DNA of 64,000 nt from an uncultured Acidobacteriota bacterium (lineage in GTDB: Bacteria; Acidobacteriota; Thermoanaerobaculia; Multivoradales; JAHEKO01). This document shows positions 36,815-46,926 of this stretch, piece after piece; positions within the stretch are counted from its first letter, which is position 1, and every line of letters starts with the position of its first letter. The notes below the pieces were generated by a model, which saw only the letters and a program-made list of their open reading frames with translations, had not been told where the DNA came from and ran no database searches. Both the position numbers and the translations under genes were made by a program. The DNA is taken from positions 448,001-512,000 of the forward strand of contig CAVQNG010000025.1 of NCBI GenBank assembly GCA_963713825.1. The letters run 5' to 3'.

Positions 36815-38122
36815 TCACCACTTGCGCTCGGTCTTGCGGCGGATGATGACCGCCGCCAGGTTCATCACGATCAGGAAAGCCAGCAGCACCATGATGGCTG
36901 CTGAGGTCTTCTCGACGAAGGCCCGTTCAGGGCTGTCCGCCCAGAGGTATACCTGTACGGGTAGAACCGTTGCGGGATCGAAGATGCTCGCTGGGATGTC
37001 CACGATGAAGGCCACCATACCGATCATCAACAGAGGGGCCGTCTCTCCCAGGGCCTGCGCCATGCCGATGATGGTTCCGGTGAGGATCCCCGGCAGGGAC
37101 AGAGGCAGGATGTGGTGGAACATCACCTGCATGGGTGAGGCTCCCAGGCCGTAGGCCGCTTCCTCGATCGAGGGTGGGATCGACTGCATCGCGGCTCGGG
37201 CCGGGATAATGATCCGGGGCAGCGTCATCAGGCTCAAGACGATGCCGCCCACCAAGGGAGCCGAGCGCGGCATATGGAAGAAGTTGAGGAACACCGCCAG
37301 CCCCAGCAAGCCATAGACGATGGAGGGTACGGCGGCGAGGTTGTTGATGTTGACCTCGATGAGATCGGTGATCCGGTTCTTGGGTGCGAACTCCTCCAGG
37401 TAGATCGCGGAGGCGATGCCGAGGGGAAACGACAGCGCCAGGCAGACCAGCATCGTGAAGGCCGAGCCGACAGCGGCTCCCCTGACACCCGCCAGTTCGG
37501 GTTCCCGAGAGTCTCCGGCCGTGAAGAATCTCTTGTTGAATCGGCTCTTCACCAGACCCTTGTCCTCCAGAGTGTCGATCCAGGTGATCTCGTGGTCCGA
37601 GACTCGACGCGACTCCTCGGCGACGTCTCGCGGGATCTTCCCCTTCAGCAGCATGTCGATGTCATCGGAAGCCGGCACCCAGATCATCTCGGTCGTTCCG
37701 ATCACGCCCGGATTGGCCTCGACCCGCTTCTGCAGCTCGTAGGGCGTCGAGTTTGAGACCAGGCCGGCCAGCTTGCGCGTCTCGGTTCTTCCGGTGACGT
37801 CGGGAAACTGACGCGTCAGGGAGTCACGCACGACAGCGTTGTAGTTCGCGGCGGCCAGATCCTCGGGGTCCCTTGAGCCGGAGGGGTCGATGACCTCGGG
37901 ATCGAAGTAGACCTCGAGGCCGACGAAGTGCTGGGTGAAGGCCGAGTAGCCCTTGGAGATGATGCTGGTGAACAAGACGGCCAGGAAGATACCCCCCACG
38001 ATCAGAGCCGAAGCACAGGCGAGCTTGAATCGACGCTCGGTCCGATAGCGGCGTCGCAATCGGCCTGCGACGGCGTCGCGGGTCAGCAGTGCAGAGGCGC
38101 TGGAGGAGACGCTGCTATTCAT
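36815..38122 (-). CDS. pstA: Phosphate ABC permease PstA (long form with periplasmic insert)
   Basis: DSREPELAG, YLEEFAPKN, NLAAVPSIVYGLLG and GETAPL motifs. Confidence 0.93.
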   Translation of the reverse strand: MNSSVSSSASALLTRDAVAGRLRRRYRTERRFKLACASALIVGGIFLAVLFTSIISKGYSAFTQHFVGLEVYFDPEVIDPSGSRDPEDLAAANYNAVVRDSLTRQFPDVTGRTETRKLAGLVSNSTPYELQKRVEANPGVIGTTEMIWVPASDDIDMLLKGKIPRDVAEESRRVSDHEITWIDTLEDKGLVKSRFNKRFFTAGDSREPELAGVRGAAVGSAFTMLVCLALSFPLGIASAIYLEEFAPKNRITDLIEVNINNLAAVPSIVYGLLGLAVFLNFFHMPRSAPLVGGIVLSLMTLPRIIIPARAAMQSIPPSIEEAAYGLGASPMQVMFHHILPLSLPGILTGTIIGMAQALGETAPLLMIGMVAFIVDIPASIFDPATVLPVQVYLWADSPERAFVEKTSAAIMVLLAFLIVMNLAAVIIRRKTERKW

Positions 38123-39494
38123 ACTGCTCCCGGTATTTTCGAACCACCTGAAGGGCGATCACGTTGAGGACCAGGGTGACGAGGAACAGGACCAGTCCCA
38201 GGGCGAAGGCGGCCAGCGTCTTGGCGCTGTCGAACTCCTGGTCACCGATGAGCAGCGTGACGATCTGCACCGTCACCGTGGTGACGGCCTGCAGCGGATT
38301 CGCCGTCAGATTGGCGGCCAGACCGGCGGCCATCACCACGATCATGGTCTCGCCGATGGCCCGGGAGACCGCCAAAAGGATGCCGCCGACGATGCCCGGC
38401 AGAGCGGCGGGGAAGATAACCCGTCGGATGGTCTCCGACTGGGTCGCGCCGAGGCCGAAGGAGGCCTCACGCAAGCCCTGGGGCACGGCGCTGATGACGT
38501 CGTCCGAGATTGAGGAGACGAAGGGGATGATCATGATCCCCATGACGCCACCCGCCGCCAGGGCGCTCTCCGAGGCGACATTCAAGCCCACGCCCTGCCC
38601 CCAAGCGCGGATCACGGGCGCGACGGTCAGGGCGGCGAAGAATCCATAGACGACGGTAGGAATCCCAGCGAGGATCTCGAGCATCGGCTTGGCGACCGTG
38701 CGCAGTCGCGGCGACGCGTACTCGGACATGTAGATCGCCGACAGCAGACCGATCGGCACCGCGACGACCATCGCGATGGCGCTGATCAACATCGTGCCGG
38801 TGAACAGGGGTACGGCGCCGAAGGAACCCGAACTGCCGACCTGATCGGCGCGCAGGGCCGTCTGAGGGCTCCACTCGAGCCCGAAGAGAAACTCGGTCAC
38901 CGGGACCATGCGGAAGAAGCGAATCGCCTCGAAGAGCAACGACAAGACGATGCCGACTGTCGTGAAGATGGCGATGGTGGAGCCGATCCCCAAGATGACC
39001 TTGGTGGTTGCCTCGACCCGGTGCATGGCACGCAGGCGATCGGAGATCAGAAAGTAGCCGAGAGCGACGCCGCCAATGCACAGGAGCAGCGCCAGCAGAG
39101 TGCGGGCGGTCGCGCTGGTCCTCTTCAAGCTCGTGATGTGATCGGCGGCCGATTCCAGCGTCGCATCGACCTCGCTGCTGACGATGTTGCCACTGGCCAG
39201 ATTCTTGGCGTCGTTGAGGAAGAGATTCAGCCGTTCCGGTGCCAGCTGGCGCACTTCGGTCGGCAGATCGGCGACGACCAGCTTGTCGATGATGGCCGAT
39301 TCACTCGCGGTCCAGAGCCCGAGGACGATGATGGCCGGCAAGAGAGCCCACATCAGGATCCAGGACCCGTAGTAGCCGGGCAGGGAATTGAGCTGTTTCG
39401 GATGATCGACCAGCGAGAGGGCACGCCGCCGGCCCATCTGATAGCCGATGGTGGAGAGCACCAGCAGGGTGACGATCAGAAGCCACGTATTCAT
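38115..39494 (-). CDS. pstC: Phosphate ABC permease PstC (long form)
   Basis: LNSLPGYYG, WSPQTALRADQ, AGIPTVVYGF and SRAIGETMIV motifs. Confidence 0.93.
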   Translation of the reverse strand: MNTWLLIVTLLVLSTIGYQMGRRRALSLVDHPKQLNSLPGYYGSWILMWALLPAIIVLGLWTASESAIIDKLVVADLPTEVRQLAPERLNLFLNDAKNLASGNIVSSEVDATLESAADHITSLKRTSATARTLLALLLCIGGVALGYFLISDRLRAMHRVEATTKVILGIGSTIAIFTTVGIVLSLLFEAIRFFRMVPVTEFLFGLEWSPQTALRADQVGSSGSFGAVPLFTGTMLISAIAMVVAVPIGLLSAIYMSEYASPRLRTVAKPMLEILAGIPTVVYGFFAALTVAPVIRAWGQGVGLNVASESALAAGGVMGIMIIPFVSSISDDVISAVPQGLREASFGLGATQSETIRRVIFPAALPGIVGGILLAVSRAIGETMIVVMAAGLAANLTANPLQAVTTVTVQIVTLLIGDQEFDSAKTLAAFALGLVLFLVTLVLNVIALQVVRKYREQYE

Positions 39495-39532
39495 GCTTGG
39501 TGAGAATCCCTCCCCTGACCTTCAGACAAGTT

Positions 39533-39579
39533 GAAAAGAAGAGGTCCGGTGGTCCGAACGCGACTGGACCACCGGCCTC
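39533..39579 (-). terminator. Hairpin plus U-tract between pstS and pstC (terminator or mRNA stabiliser)
   Basis: GAGGCCGGTGGTCC...GGACCACCGGACCTC followed by TTCTTTT. Confidence 0.7.
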
Positions 39580-39596
39580 GATTCTCAGAGTGCTTA

Positions 39597-40628
39597 CTAG
39601 ACGTTGTTCTTCAAGGCCCGGGCTTCGTCGCCCAAAGCCTTGCGCTCGTCGTCCGGCATCGGAATGAGGCCGGCATCCGAGAGATAGCCACCGTCGCCCC
39701 AGGCGCGATCGGAGGTGAACTCCTTGACGTACTCGGCGATACCCGGGATCACGCCGGCGTGGGCGTCCTTGACATAGAAGAACAAGGGTCGCGAGACCGG
39801 ATAGCTACCCTTGGCAATCGCCTCGAAGGTCGGGACCTCGCCGTCGATGCGGCTACCCTGCACCTTGTCCGAGTTTTGGTCCAGGAAGCTGAATCCGAAG
39901 ATCCCGAGAGCGTCTTCGTTGGCCTGGAGCTTCTGGACGATCAGGTTGTCGTTCTCGCCGGCTTCGACGTAGGCGCCGTCCTCACGGATCGTATGGCAGA
40001 TCTCCTTGTACTTGTTCTTGTCGGTATCCTTGAGCTTCTTGATCCAGTCGTACGTCTTGCAGCCGCCTTCCATCGCCAGCTCGACAAAGGCGTCGCGGGT
40101 ACCGGAGGTGGGCGGTGGACCGAGCACCTCGATCTTGGTGGCCGGCAGACTGGGATCGATGTCCTTCCAGGTCTTGTAGGGATTGGGCTTGAGCTCGCCG
40201 TCGGGGCCCGCTGGAGTCATCTTGGCCAGCGCCAAAAAGAGCCGCCGGCGGGTCAGGTCCATGCGCTCGGTTTCGATCGAGTTGGCGACGACAATGCCGT
40301 CATAGCCGATCTTGACCTCGGTGATTTCCTTGACACCGTTCTTGTGGCACATCTCGACTTCGGAGCTCTTGATGGCCCGGGAGGAGTTGGTGATATCTGG
40401 ATGCTCGACACCGACGCCGGCGCAGAACAGCTTCAGGCCGCCGCCCGAACCGGTGCTTTCGATCACGGGTGTCTTGAACTGGGTGCTGCGACCGAACTGC
40501 TCGGCCACTTTGGTGGCGAACGGATAGACGGTCGAGGACCCAACGATGCGGATCTGATCGCGCTGCGCGAAGGCGGTGACGCTCATGGCCAGCCCGATCA
40601 CCAGAAACATAACAACGGACTTCTTCAT
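39597..40628 (-). CDS. pstS: Phosphate-binding protein PstS (second Pst system, Sec signal)
   Basis: RDQIRIVGSSTVYPF, ESTGSGGG, GPPPTSGTRDAF and YPVSRPLFFY motifs. Confidence 0.94.
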   Translation of the reverse strand: MKKSVVMFLVIGLAMSVTAFAQRDQIRIVGSSTVYPFATKVAEQFGRSTQFKTPVIESTGSGGGLKLFCAGVGVEHPDITNSSRAIKSSEVEMCHKNGVKEITEVKIGYDGIVVANSIETERMDLTRRRLFLALAKMTPAGPDGELKPNPYKTWKDIDPSLPATKIEVLGPPPTSGTRDAFVELAMEGGCKTYDWIKKLKDTDKNKYKEICHTIREDGAYVEAGENDNLIVQKLQANEDALGIFGFSFLDQNSDKVQGSRIDGEVPTFEAIAKGSYPVSRPLFFYVKDAHAGVIPGIAEYVKEFTSDRAWGDGGYLSDAGLIPMPDDERKALGDEARALKNNV

Positions 40629-40702
40629 TTTCGATGGTCTCCTCTCCTCAGTTGCTGGGAATGTCCCCAAAAGGCCGAAACAGCAGCGGCCTCTGCATGG
40701 AA

Positions 40703-40758
40703 AGGCTATGGAGCCGTTGCGACGGCGCGGCTACGGTGGAGTGACGTCTATGTGACGA
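40703..40758 (-). promoter_or_regulatory. Four phased Pho half-sites plus -10 upstream of pstS
   Basis: TCGTCAC/ACGTCAC/CCGTAGC/CCGTCGC at an exact 11-bp period, then 10 nt, then TAGCCT. Confidence 0.7.
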
Positions 40759-40769
40759 ACCCGCGGGGG

Positions 40770-41606
40770 CTAGCCGAACCGGCCAGTGATGTAGGCCTCG
40801 GTCTGTTCCTTCTGGGGCCGTACGAAAAGCTCGTCGGTCTTACCGTATTCGATCAAATTCCCGAGGTACATGAAGGCGGTGAGGTCGGAGATTCTCGAAG
40901 CCTGTTGCATGTTGTGGGTGACGATCACCTGGGTGTAGTCCTTCTTGAGCTCCAGCATGAGCTCTTCGATCTTGTTCGTGGAGATCGGATCCAGGGCCGA
41001 GCAGGGCTCGTCGTAGAGAATGACTTCGGGCTCGACCGCGATGGCCCGCGCGATGCACAGTCGTTGTTGCTGCCCTCCCGAGAGCCCCAGGGCCCTCTCC
41101 TGGAGACGATCCTTGACCTCGTCCCAGAGGGCAGCCCCCTTGAGGCTCTTCTCGACCACCTCGTCGAGCACCGACTTCTGACGGATGCCCTGCAAGCGCA
41201 GTCCATAGACCACGTTCTCGTAGATCGTCTTGGGGAACGGATTCGACTTCTGAAAGACCATCCCGACTCGCTTGCGCAGCAGATTGGTGTCGAAGGAGGG
41301 ATCGAGAATGCTCTCTCCCTCGAACCGGATATCGCCTTCGGTGCGGACGATGGGGATGAGATCGTTGAGTCTGTTGATGCACCGCAGGAGGGTCGACTTG
41401 CCGCAGCCCGAAGGCCCTATGTAGGCGGTGATCTGGTTCTTGGGGATCTTCATCGAGATGTTTCTCAACGCCTGCGCGTCGCCGTACCAGAGCGACAGAT
41501 CCTCGATCTCGAGAAGTGGATCCTCGATCGGGGGGTTCAGTGCTGGATCGAATGACTGGTCCAGCGGCTTGGCCTGTTGCGTCGACTCGGAGGAGACAGC
41601 GCTCAT
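40770..41606 (-). CDS. pstB: Phosphate ABC transporter ATPase PstB (canonical)
   Basis: All ABC motifs are intact and it ends in YITGRFG. Close paralog of 35956..36804. Confidence 0.95.
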   Translation of the reverse strand: MSAVSSESTQQAKPLDQSFDPALNPPIEDPLLEIEDLSLWYGDAQALRNISMKIPKNQITAYIGPSGCGKSTLLRCINRLNDLIPIVRTEGDIRFEGESILDPSFDTNLLRKRVGMVFQKSNPFPKTIYENVVYGLRLQGIRQKSVLDEVVEKSLKGAALWDEVKDRLQERALGLSGGQQQRLCIARAIAVEPEVILYDEPCSALDPISTNKIEELMLELKKDYTQVIVTHNMQQASRISDLTAFMYLGNLIEYGKTDELFVRPQKEQTEAYITGRFG

Positions 41607-41613
41607 TCCGACC

Positions 41614-42306
41614 TCACGATCCTTCTGTGTCGGCGGCTGTCACTTCGCTGCCGGATTGCAGATGGCGGATGTCCTTGCCCTCGACGAAGAAGATGACGTC
41701 CTCGGCGATATTGGTGGCGTGATCGGCAACCCTCTCCAGATCGCGGCAGATGAACAGCAGCTGCAAACCCCGAGTGACGTTCGTCGGGTCTTCGATCATG
41801 TAGGTCAGTAGCTCGCGAAGGAGCTGTTCGTACATGGCGTCGACGTGATCATCGTTCTGGCACACCCGAATGGCCAGCTCGGTATCCCTGTCGATCAGGG
41901 AATCCAGACTCTCGCGGACCATCTCGCGCACAAACTGAGTCAGCCTGGGAAGATCGACGTACGGCTTCAGCGGGGGTTGCTCGTTGAGCAGGGCTACCGA
42001 CTTGCAGATGTTGACGGCGAGGTCGCCGATCCTCTCCAGATCGGTGTTGATCTTCATCACCGCCACCAGGAATCGCATATCGACGGCGGTTGGTTGCTGC
42101 GTCGCCATGATGGTTTCGCACGATCGGTCGATATCGATCTGCAGCTGATCGATTTTGGAATCCTGCTCGAGGATGGCTTGGCTGCGCTCGGTGTCGCGAT
42201 CGATAAGCGCCTGAACGGCCCCGGCCACCATCTCCTCGACCAGGGCACCCATCCGCAGCAGGATCTGACGGACCTCGGTGAGGGCTTGATCCATATGTCG
42301 TTCCAT
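41614..42306 (-). CDS. phoU: Phosphate signalling protein PhoU (canonical)
   Basis: [21 protein letters not shown] and [13 protein letters not shown] motifs. ATG 42306. Confidence 0.94.
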   Translation of the reverse strand: MERHMDQALTEVRQILLRMGALVEEMVAGAVQALIDRDTERSQAILEQDSKIDQLQIDIDRSCETIMATQQPTAVDMRFLVAVMKINTDLERIGDLAVNICKSVALLNEQPPLKPYVDLPRLTQFVREMVRESLDSLIDRDTELAIRVCQNDDHVDAMYEQLLRELLTYMIEDPTNVTRGLQLLFICRDLERVADHATNIAEDVIFFVEGKDIRHLQSGSEVTAADTEGS

Positions 42307-42477
42307 GAGACGAATCGTCCTTTCGTTGCCCCATTCTAGGGTGTCGTTCAGGGGCTCGCCAGCGGAGGAGAGGACCTGGTACCACCTGCCATCGGCAGGG
42401 GGGGGCCTTTCGCCCGAGGATGGTGAGCCTCGTCCGAACAGGATCCAGCATGCTCGGCTCGATAGCGTGAAGGCACC

Positions 42478-42495
42478 GTTACAGTCCTGTGACAC
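42478..42495 (-). promoter_or_regulatory. Pho box upstream of phoU-pstB
   Basis: GTGTCAC-AGGA-CTGTAAC, 11-bp period. Confidence 0.75.
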
Positions 42496-42681
42496 TCGAG
42501 AGTGGTATTCCGCCGGCTCTGTCGCAGAAATGCCACAGCCTCGACGCACTGCTGATGCATCGGGTTCCTACACTGCCTCCCGCGGCCGTTCTGGCTGGAT
42601 GGTAGGACGGCCCGAATTTCGAGCCAGATTGATTTCGACGATCACGCAAGAGTCATGAACACTCAAGGAGGAGAACGACCC

Positions 42682-43899
42682 ATGTACAGACGTTTTCTAT
42701 TTGTCCTCTTGGTGTCCTGCGCTACGGTGGGGGGCCTGACCCCTGCGGCCGATGCCGGCATCGTGGTCTACGAGGACGGAGACAAGTTCATCGAGATTGG
42801 CGCCCGAATTCAGTTGCAGTATCTGTATTTCAGCGAAGATCCGAGATTGGGTGAAGGGGACTCACAGGACACGATCTTCTTCCGACGTTTGCGGCCTTAC
42901 ATCGCGGGCTCGGTCACGAAGAACTGGTTGGGCAAGCTCCAGTTCGACATGGGCAAGTCTCTCGATCAGGACGAGCTGGCGGTCAAGGATGCGTACATGC
43001 AGTACACGGGCTGGAAGAATCACAAAATCTTCATCGGTAACTCGAAGGCCGTGTTCTCTCGGGAGTTCCTGACGTCCTCGAAGCGCCAGCAGACCGTCGA
43101 GCGGTGGTTTGTCGGTCAGCACAATTTCGGCAGCCCCGATCGGATGCTCGGCTTTCGGCTCGATGGCAACACCGACAACAAGAGATTCGAGTACAAGCTC
43201 AACATCGGCGGACAGAGCTTCGATCCCGATAACAAGCGAATGGATTTCGATACCCCCGTCAACGACGCGGGTGACTTCACTCTGGGGTGGGTCGGTGCGG
43301 GGCGAGTGACCTACTATCCGAAGGAGCCGATCAAGCGAGACCAGGGTGACTTCCAGCGAGGGTCGTTCAACTACGCTGTCGAGGCGGCGGCGTTCTACTG
43401 GACGAGCAACGACAACGATTTGAAGTACATCGACGAGGCAGACGGCACCACGGTCTGCACCAACGAGAAGAAGTGCGATCTGGACACCGCCACGGGCTGG
43501 GAGCTCAGCGGCGGCCTTCGCGGTCACGGATTGTCCGTGGATCTGGAGTACAACCAGGTGGCCGGCGAGATGCTGGCCAAACACTTCGTTGACGACGATG
43601 GAAGCCTGATACCCCTCGACAGTGGCATGTACGTCAACGGCGAGACCACGATCACGAAGTGGCAGCTCGAGGGTGGCTATATGCTGGCCAATATTCCCCT
43701 CGAGTTCGTCTACAAGCGCGACAGTATGGATGCGGACGGCTACGAGAAGGAGTGGTATGCGAATGATCTCGGTGTCAACTACTTCTTCAATCAGCACAAG
43801 GCCAAGGTTCAGCTCCTCTATCGTATGGAGTCGAATGTGAACGGCGCCGATGGCGACGACCGCAACCAGCTCGTCATGCAGTGGCAGTTCGTCTTCTAG
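42682..43899 (+). CDS. Outer-membrane porin, OprO/OprP (phosphate-selective)-like
   Basis: Signal peptide, FRRLR, VKDAY and GVNYF motifs, C-terminal QWQFVF. AGGAGG RBS. Pho-cluster context. Confidence 0.8.
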   Translation: MYRRFLFVLLVSCATVGGLTPAADAGIVVYEDGDKFIEIGARIQLQYLYFSEDPRLGEGDSQDTIFFRRLRPYIAGSVTKNWLGKLQFDMGKSLDQDELAVKDAYMQYTGWKNHKIFIGNSKAVFSREFLTSSKRQQTVERWFVGQHNFGSPDRMLGFRLDGNTDNKRFEYKLNIGGQSFDPDNKRMDFDTPVNDAGDFTLGWVGAGRVTYYPKEPIKRDQGDFQRGSFNYAVEAAAFYWTSNDNDLKYIDEADGTTVCTNEKKCDLDTATGWELSGGLRGHGLSVDLEYNQVAGEMLAKHFVDDDGSLIPLDSGMYVNGETTITKWQLEGGYMLANIPLEFVYKRDSMDADGYEKEWYANDLGVNYFFNQHKAKVQLLYRMESNVNGADGDDRNQLVMQWQFVF

Positions 43900-43933
43900 G
43901 CTCCGATCGAGCCGCTTCGGAATCCGTTTTCCC

Positions 43934-43962
43934 GAGGCCGGCGACAAACCGTCGCCGGCCTC
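43934..43962. terminator. 12-bp perfect hairpin after the porin gene
   Basis: GAGGCCGGCGAC-AAACC-GTCGCCGGCCTC, weak U-tract. Confidence 0.55.
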
Positions 43963-44140
43963 ACTGTTCATTCGAGACAGTCCTCCAAGCGCGGCGGGTT
44001 CGGTCCGATCCGGTGGCGGATGCCGGATTGTCTCGAGCCATCCGGAAGGGGTGCTTGGGGAATCCTTGGATCTGATAATTTGGCGGAACTCGGATTCACG
44101 ATTCCAATGGAGTTGCCTACGAACAGAAAGAGTGTCGACT

Positions 44141-45136
44141 ATGACTGAGAGAACCATGCCCAAAACGGTTGCGGTCTGGCTCCTATTGGGGTTTCTGGTG
44201 GGGGTCTCGGGCTTCGCCGCGGATGCGGCAGACCAGGGACTGGATCCCCTTGTGGCAGAGGTTGTCGAGATGCTCGATGCAGGGGTCTCGGACGGCTTGA
44301 TCCTGCAATGGCTGGAATCGACTGGCCGTCGGCCCGTGGATATCGGCAGTGAGGGGCTCATCGCGCTGACCGAGGCTCAGGCCTCCGAGTCGTTGATGTC
44401 CCGGTTGTTGGAGCTCGTGGGGGAGGAGCGCCCTGGGGCCACGATGGCGCCGCCAGCTGCCACCCAGACGGGACCTACGCTCCGGGAGGTGTCCTCTGCG
44501 GAGGCAGCCGATGGTTCGCTGGAAGTTATCATCCGGCTCAGTGGAAAGAGGATGTGGGTCGAAGAGGACGAGCCCGACTCGCCCCGCGACGAGAGATGGA
44601 ATGTCTTCCTCTACCTGGATGGAGATCTCGTGGCGTGGACGAGACCCGACCAGCAGGGTGAGGCGGTCGAGGCGCGCCGGGTGATCCGGGCGGGGAGTCG
44701 GGAGATGCGGGTCATTCTGCAGCGCTACGAGAAGGTGCGGGGTGGCTGGACCTACGAGTCTTTGGCGGTCCCGACTCTGGTCGCTTTCGATGCCCAGGTC
44801 GGAGACCCGCTCGAGATCGAGGTGGACTTGAAGCGGAGCTGGGGCCTGTGGCGGGACCGTAACGACGGCGGTCCGCTTTCCTATGTCATTCGACAAGGTG
44901 TGAGGGTCCTCGGCGAGAGCGACGGGGCGGGTGGAAATCCCGTTGGTTGGCAGCCGGTTTGCGAGGACGTCGAGGCGAACTTCCCCGAGTCCCAGGGAGT
45001 TCCGAGGGCCTACCGCAGCTCCATGAGTCGCTGCGTGCGCTGGGCGGATCTGTGGAACGGCCCGGGCCAGAACACGTCACGCACGGAGATCCTAGAGGAC
45101 CTCGCGGAGTACGACTTCGAGCCGCCGGTTCGATAG
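44141..45136 (+). CDS. Hypothetical secreted protein
   Basis: Signal-peptide-like N-terminus (VAVWLLLGFLVGVSGFA). No recognisable family. Confidence 0.7.
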   Translation: MTERTMPKTVAVWLLLGFLVGVSGFAADAADQGLDPLVAEVVEMLDAGVSDGLILQWLESTGRRPVDIGSEGLIALTEAQASESLMSRLLELVGEERPGATMAPPAATQTGPTLREVSSAEAADGSLEVIIRLSGKRMWVEEDEPDSPRDERWNVFLYLDGDLVAWTRPDQQGEAVEARRVIRAGSREMRVILQRYEKVRGGWTYESLAVPTLVAFDAQVGDPLEIEVDLKRSWGLWRDRNDGGPLSYVIRQGVRVLGESDGAGGNPVGWQPVCEDVEANFPESQGVPRAYRSSMSRCVRWADLWNGPGQNTSRTEILEDLAEYDFEPPVR

Positions 45137-45159
45137 CCCGAGCCGACCAGTTGACGGCT

Positions 45160-46920
45160 CTAGGAATGGCGCACCGGTAGGAAGATCCGAAACGTCGATC
45201 CCTCGCCGAGGCGACTCTCCACTTCGACTCTGCCGCCGTGAATCTGAGCCACGTGTTTGACGATGGCCAGACCGAGGCCGGTTCCACCCTCGTCCCGACT
45301 GCGACCTTTGTCGACTCGGTAGAAACGCTCGAAGACACGATCGATGGAGGCGGCGGGGATGCCGATCCCGGTGTCGTGCACCTGGATGACGACCCGGTCG
45401 GGCTCGGGCTTCAGTTGCACGGTGACCTGGCCTCCTTTGCGGTTGTATTTGATGGCGTTGTCCAGGAGGTTGATGAACAGTCGCTGCAGGGCTTCGGCGT
45501 CGCCAGACAGTGTTGGAATCGGCGACTCTTCGACCTCCAGATGGATTTGCTTCTCGGCGATCTGAGGGGCCAGGGTTTCGAGACAGTCATCGAGAATGCG
45601 CTCGAGGTCGACGGTCCGTCTCTCGAGATGACCTTCGAGATTCTCCAATCTGGACAGCGTCAGCAGGTCTTCGAGTAGCGTCTGGAGTCTGGAGCACTGT
45701 TGCAGGATCCGGCCCAGGAATCGGGACGAGGCCTCGGGCTCCTGCATCGCGCCATCCCGCAGTGTCTCCGTATACCCGCGGATTGCGGACAGGGGTGTCT
45801 TGAGCTCGTGGGAGATATTGGCGATGAAGTCCCGGCGGACCTGGGTGAGCCGAATCACATCGGTGATGTCGCGGGCCACGACGACAGCACCCAGGCCTTC
45901 ACCGAGCGGCGTGCTGGCCAGCGCCACGTGCCGACTCGGCTGAGCCTGAACCTCGATCTCCGCAGTGCTGCCCAGGCCGCTGACCAGTGTTGAAACGATG
46001 AGGTCTTCGAGCTCGGTCTGACGGGTCAGCTCCAGCGGAGAGCGACCGGCTGTCTCCCCGCGGACCTCGAAGATGCGCTCGAAAGCCCGGTTGGCGAGCC
46101 AGACGAATCCTTCCGAGTCGGTCACCAGCACCCCCTCGCCCATGCTGGCGACGACGGCCCTGAGGTGGGCACGCTCGGTTGCGAGATCATCGATTCGAGT
46201 CTCGGCCTCCTCGGCGACACGATTGAGGAACTTGCCGATGCGAGCCAGCTCCGGATCGGACGGCAGCGCGACGCGGTGACCGAAGTCCCCTCGTTCCATC
46301 CTCTCGGCACCGGCGACCAGATCGGGCAGGGCTTTCGAGATGCGCCACTCCAGCCACCAGAGGAGCCCGCTCATTGCCAGAAGGGCGGCGAGGGACGCCG
46401 CGACGAGGACCCAGCCCAGGCTTCGACGGAGCATCTGCAGGCCGGCCAACGGCTGGGCCAATCGCAGCACGAACCTCCCCTCCGCCGAGGCTACGACCCG
46501 AGCGGCATAGACGTATTGCAGGCCTGTCGTGGCACTGCGCCGAACCGACGAGCCCTGACCGCTACCGAGAGCGGCGCTGATCTCGGGTCGCCCGGCGTGG
46601 TTGTCCATGCGTTCGACCTGCTCCCACGAGCGTGAGCTGTCCGCGACGACGAGCCCGTCGGACCGGATTACGGTCATGCGCACCTCGGCGCCGCGGGTGA
46701 GCTCGTGAACCAGGTCCTGGAGCTCTCTCGGCCGCATGGACAGGCGGCCGGTGAGCGAGTCGGCGACGATGGGGAGGGTATTGAGCAGCTGGCGTGCGGC
46801 GCTTTGCCGCTGGAGATTGCTCAGTAGAATCCAGAGGATCCCCGTTGATACCAGCAAGGCCGCGAAGGCCGGCAGGGCGAGGGCGAGGCGCAGCCGGTTG
46901 GAGAAGAAGGAGCGACGCAT
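45160..46920 (-). CDS. phoR: Phosphate regulon sensor kinase PhoR
   Basis: MDNHAGRPEI sensor, HAMP, PAS, DFIANISHELKTPL, NAIKY and RVDKGRSRDEGGTGLGL motifs. Confidence 0.92.
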   Translation of the reverse strand: MRRSFFSNRLRLALALPAFAALLVSTGILWILLSNLQRQSAARQLLNTLPIVADSLTGRLSMRPRELQDLVHELTRGAEVRMTVIRSDGLVVADSSRSWEQVERMDNHAGRPEISAALGSGQGSSVRRSATTGLQYVYAARVVASAEGRFVLRLAQPLAGLQMLRRSLGWVLVAASLAALLAMSGLLWWLEWRISKALPDLVAGAERMERGDFGHRVALPSDPELARIGKFLNRVAEEAETRIDDLATERAHLRAVVASMGEGVLVTDSEGFVWLANRAFERIFEVRGETAGRSPLELTRQTELEDLIVSTLVSGLGSTAEIEVQAQPSRHVALASTPLGEGLGAVVVARDITDVIRLTQVRRDFIANISHELKTPLSAIRGYTETLRDGAMQEPEASSRFLGRILQQCSRLQTLLEDLLTLSRLENLEGHLERRTVDLERILDDCLETLAPQIAEKQIHLEVEESPIPTLSGDAEALQRLFINLLDNAIKYNRKGGQVTVQLKPEPDRVVIQVHDTGIGIPAASIDRVFERFYRVDKGRSRDEGGTGLGLAIVKHVAQIHGGRVEVESRLGEGSTFRIFLPVRHS

Positions 46921-46926
46921 CGAGAG

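Noticed and set aside
39531-41555. 674-aa plus-strand ORF, and similar long antisense ORFs (428..1405, 3298..4443, 4911..6152, 25100..26221, 42862..44361)
   Set aside because: These are shadow frames opposite well-supported genes, as expected from GC-rich codon bias, and contain no recognisable motifs.
42639-42656. Weak Pho-box-like repeat (CGATCAC-GCAA-GAGTCAT) before the porin
   Set aside because: Poor match, and too close to the RBS to support as an activating site.
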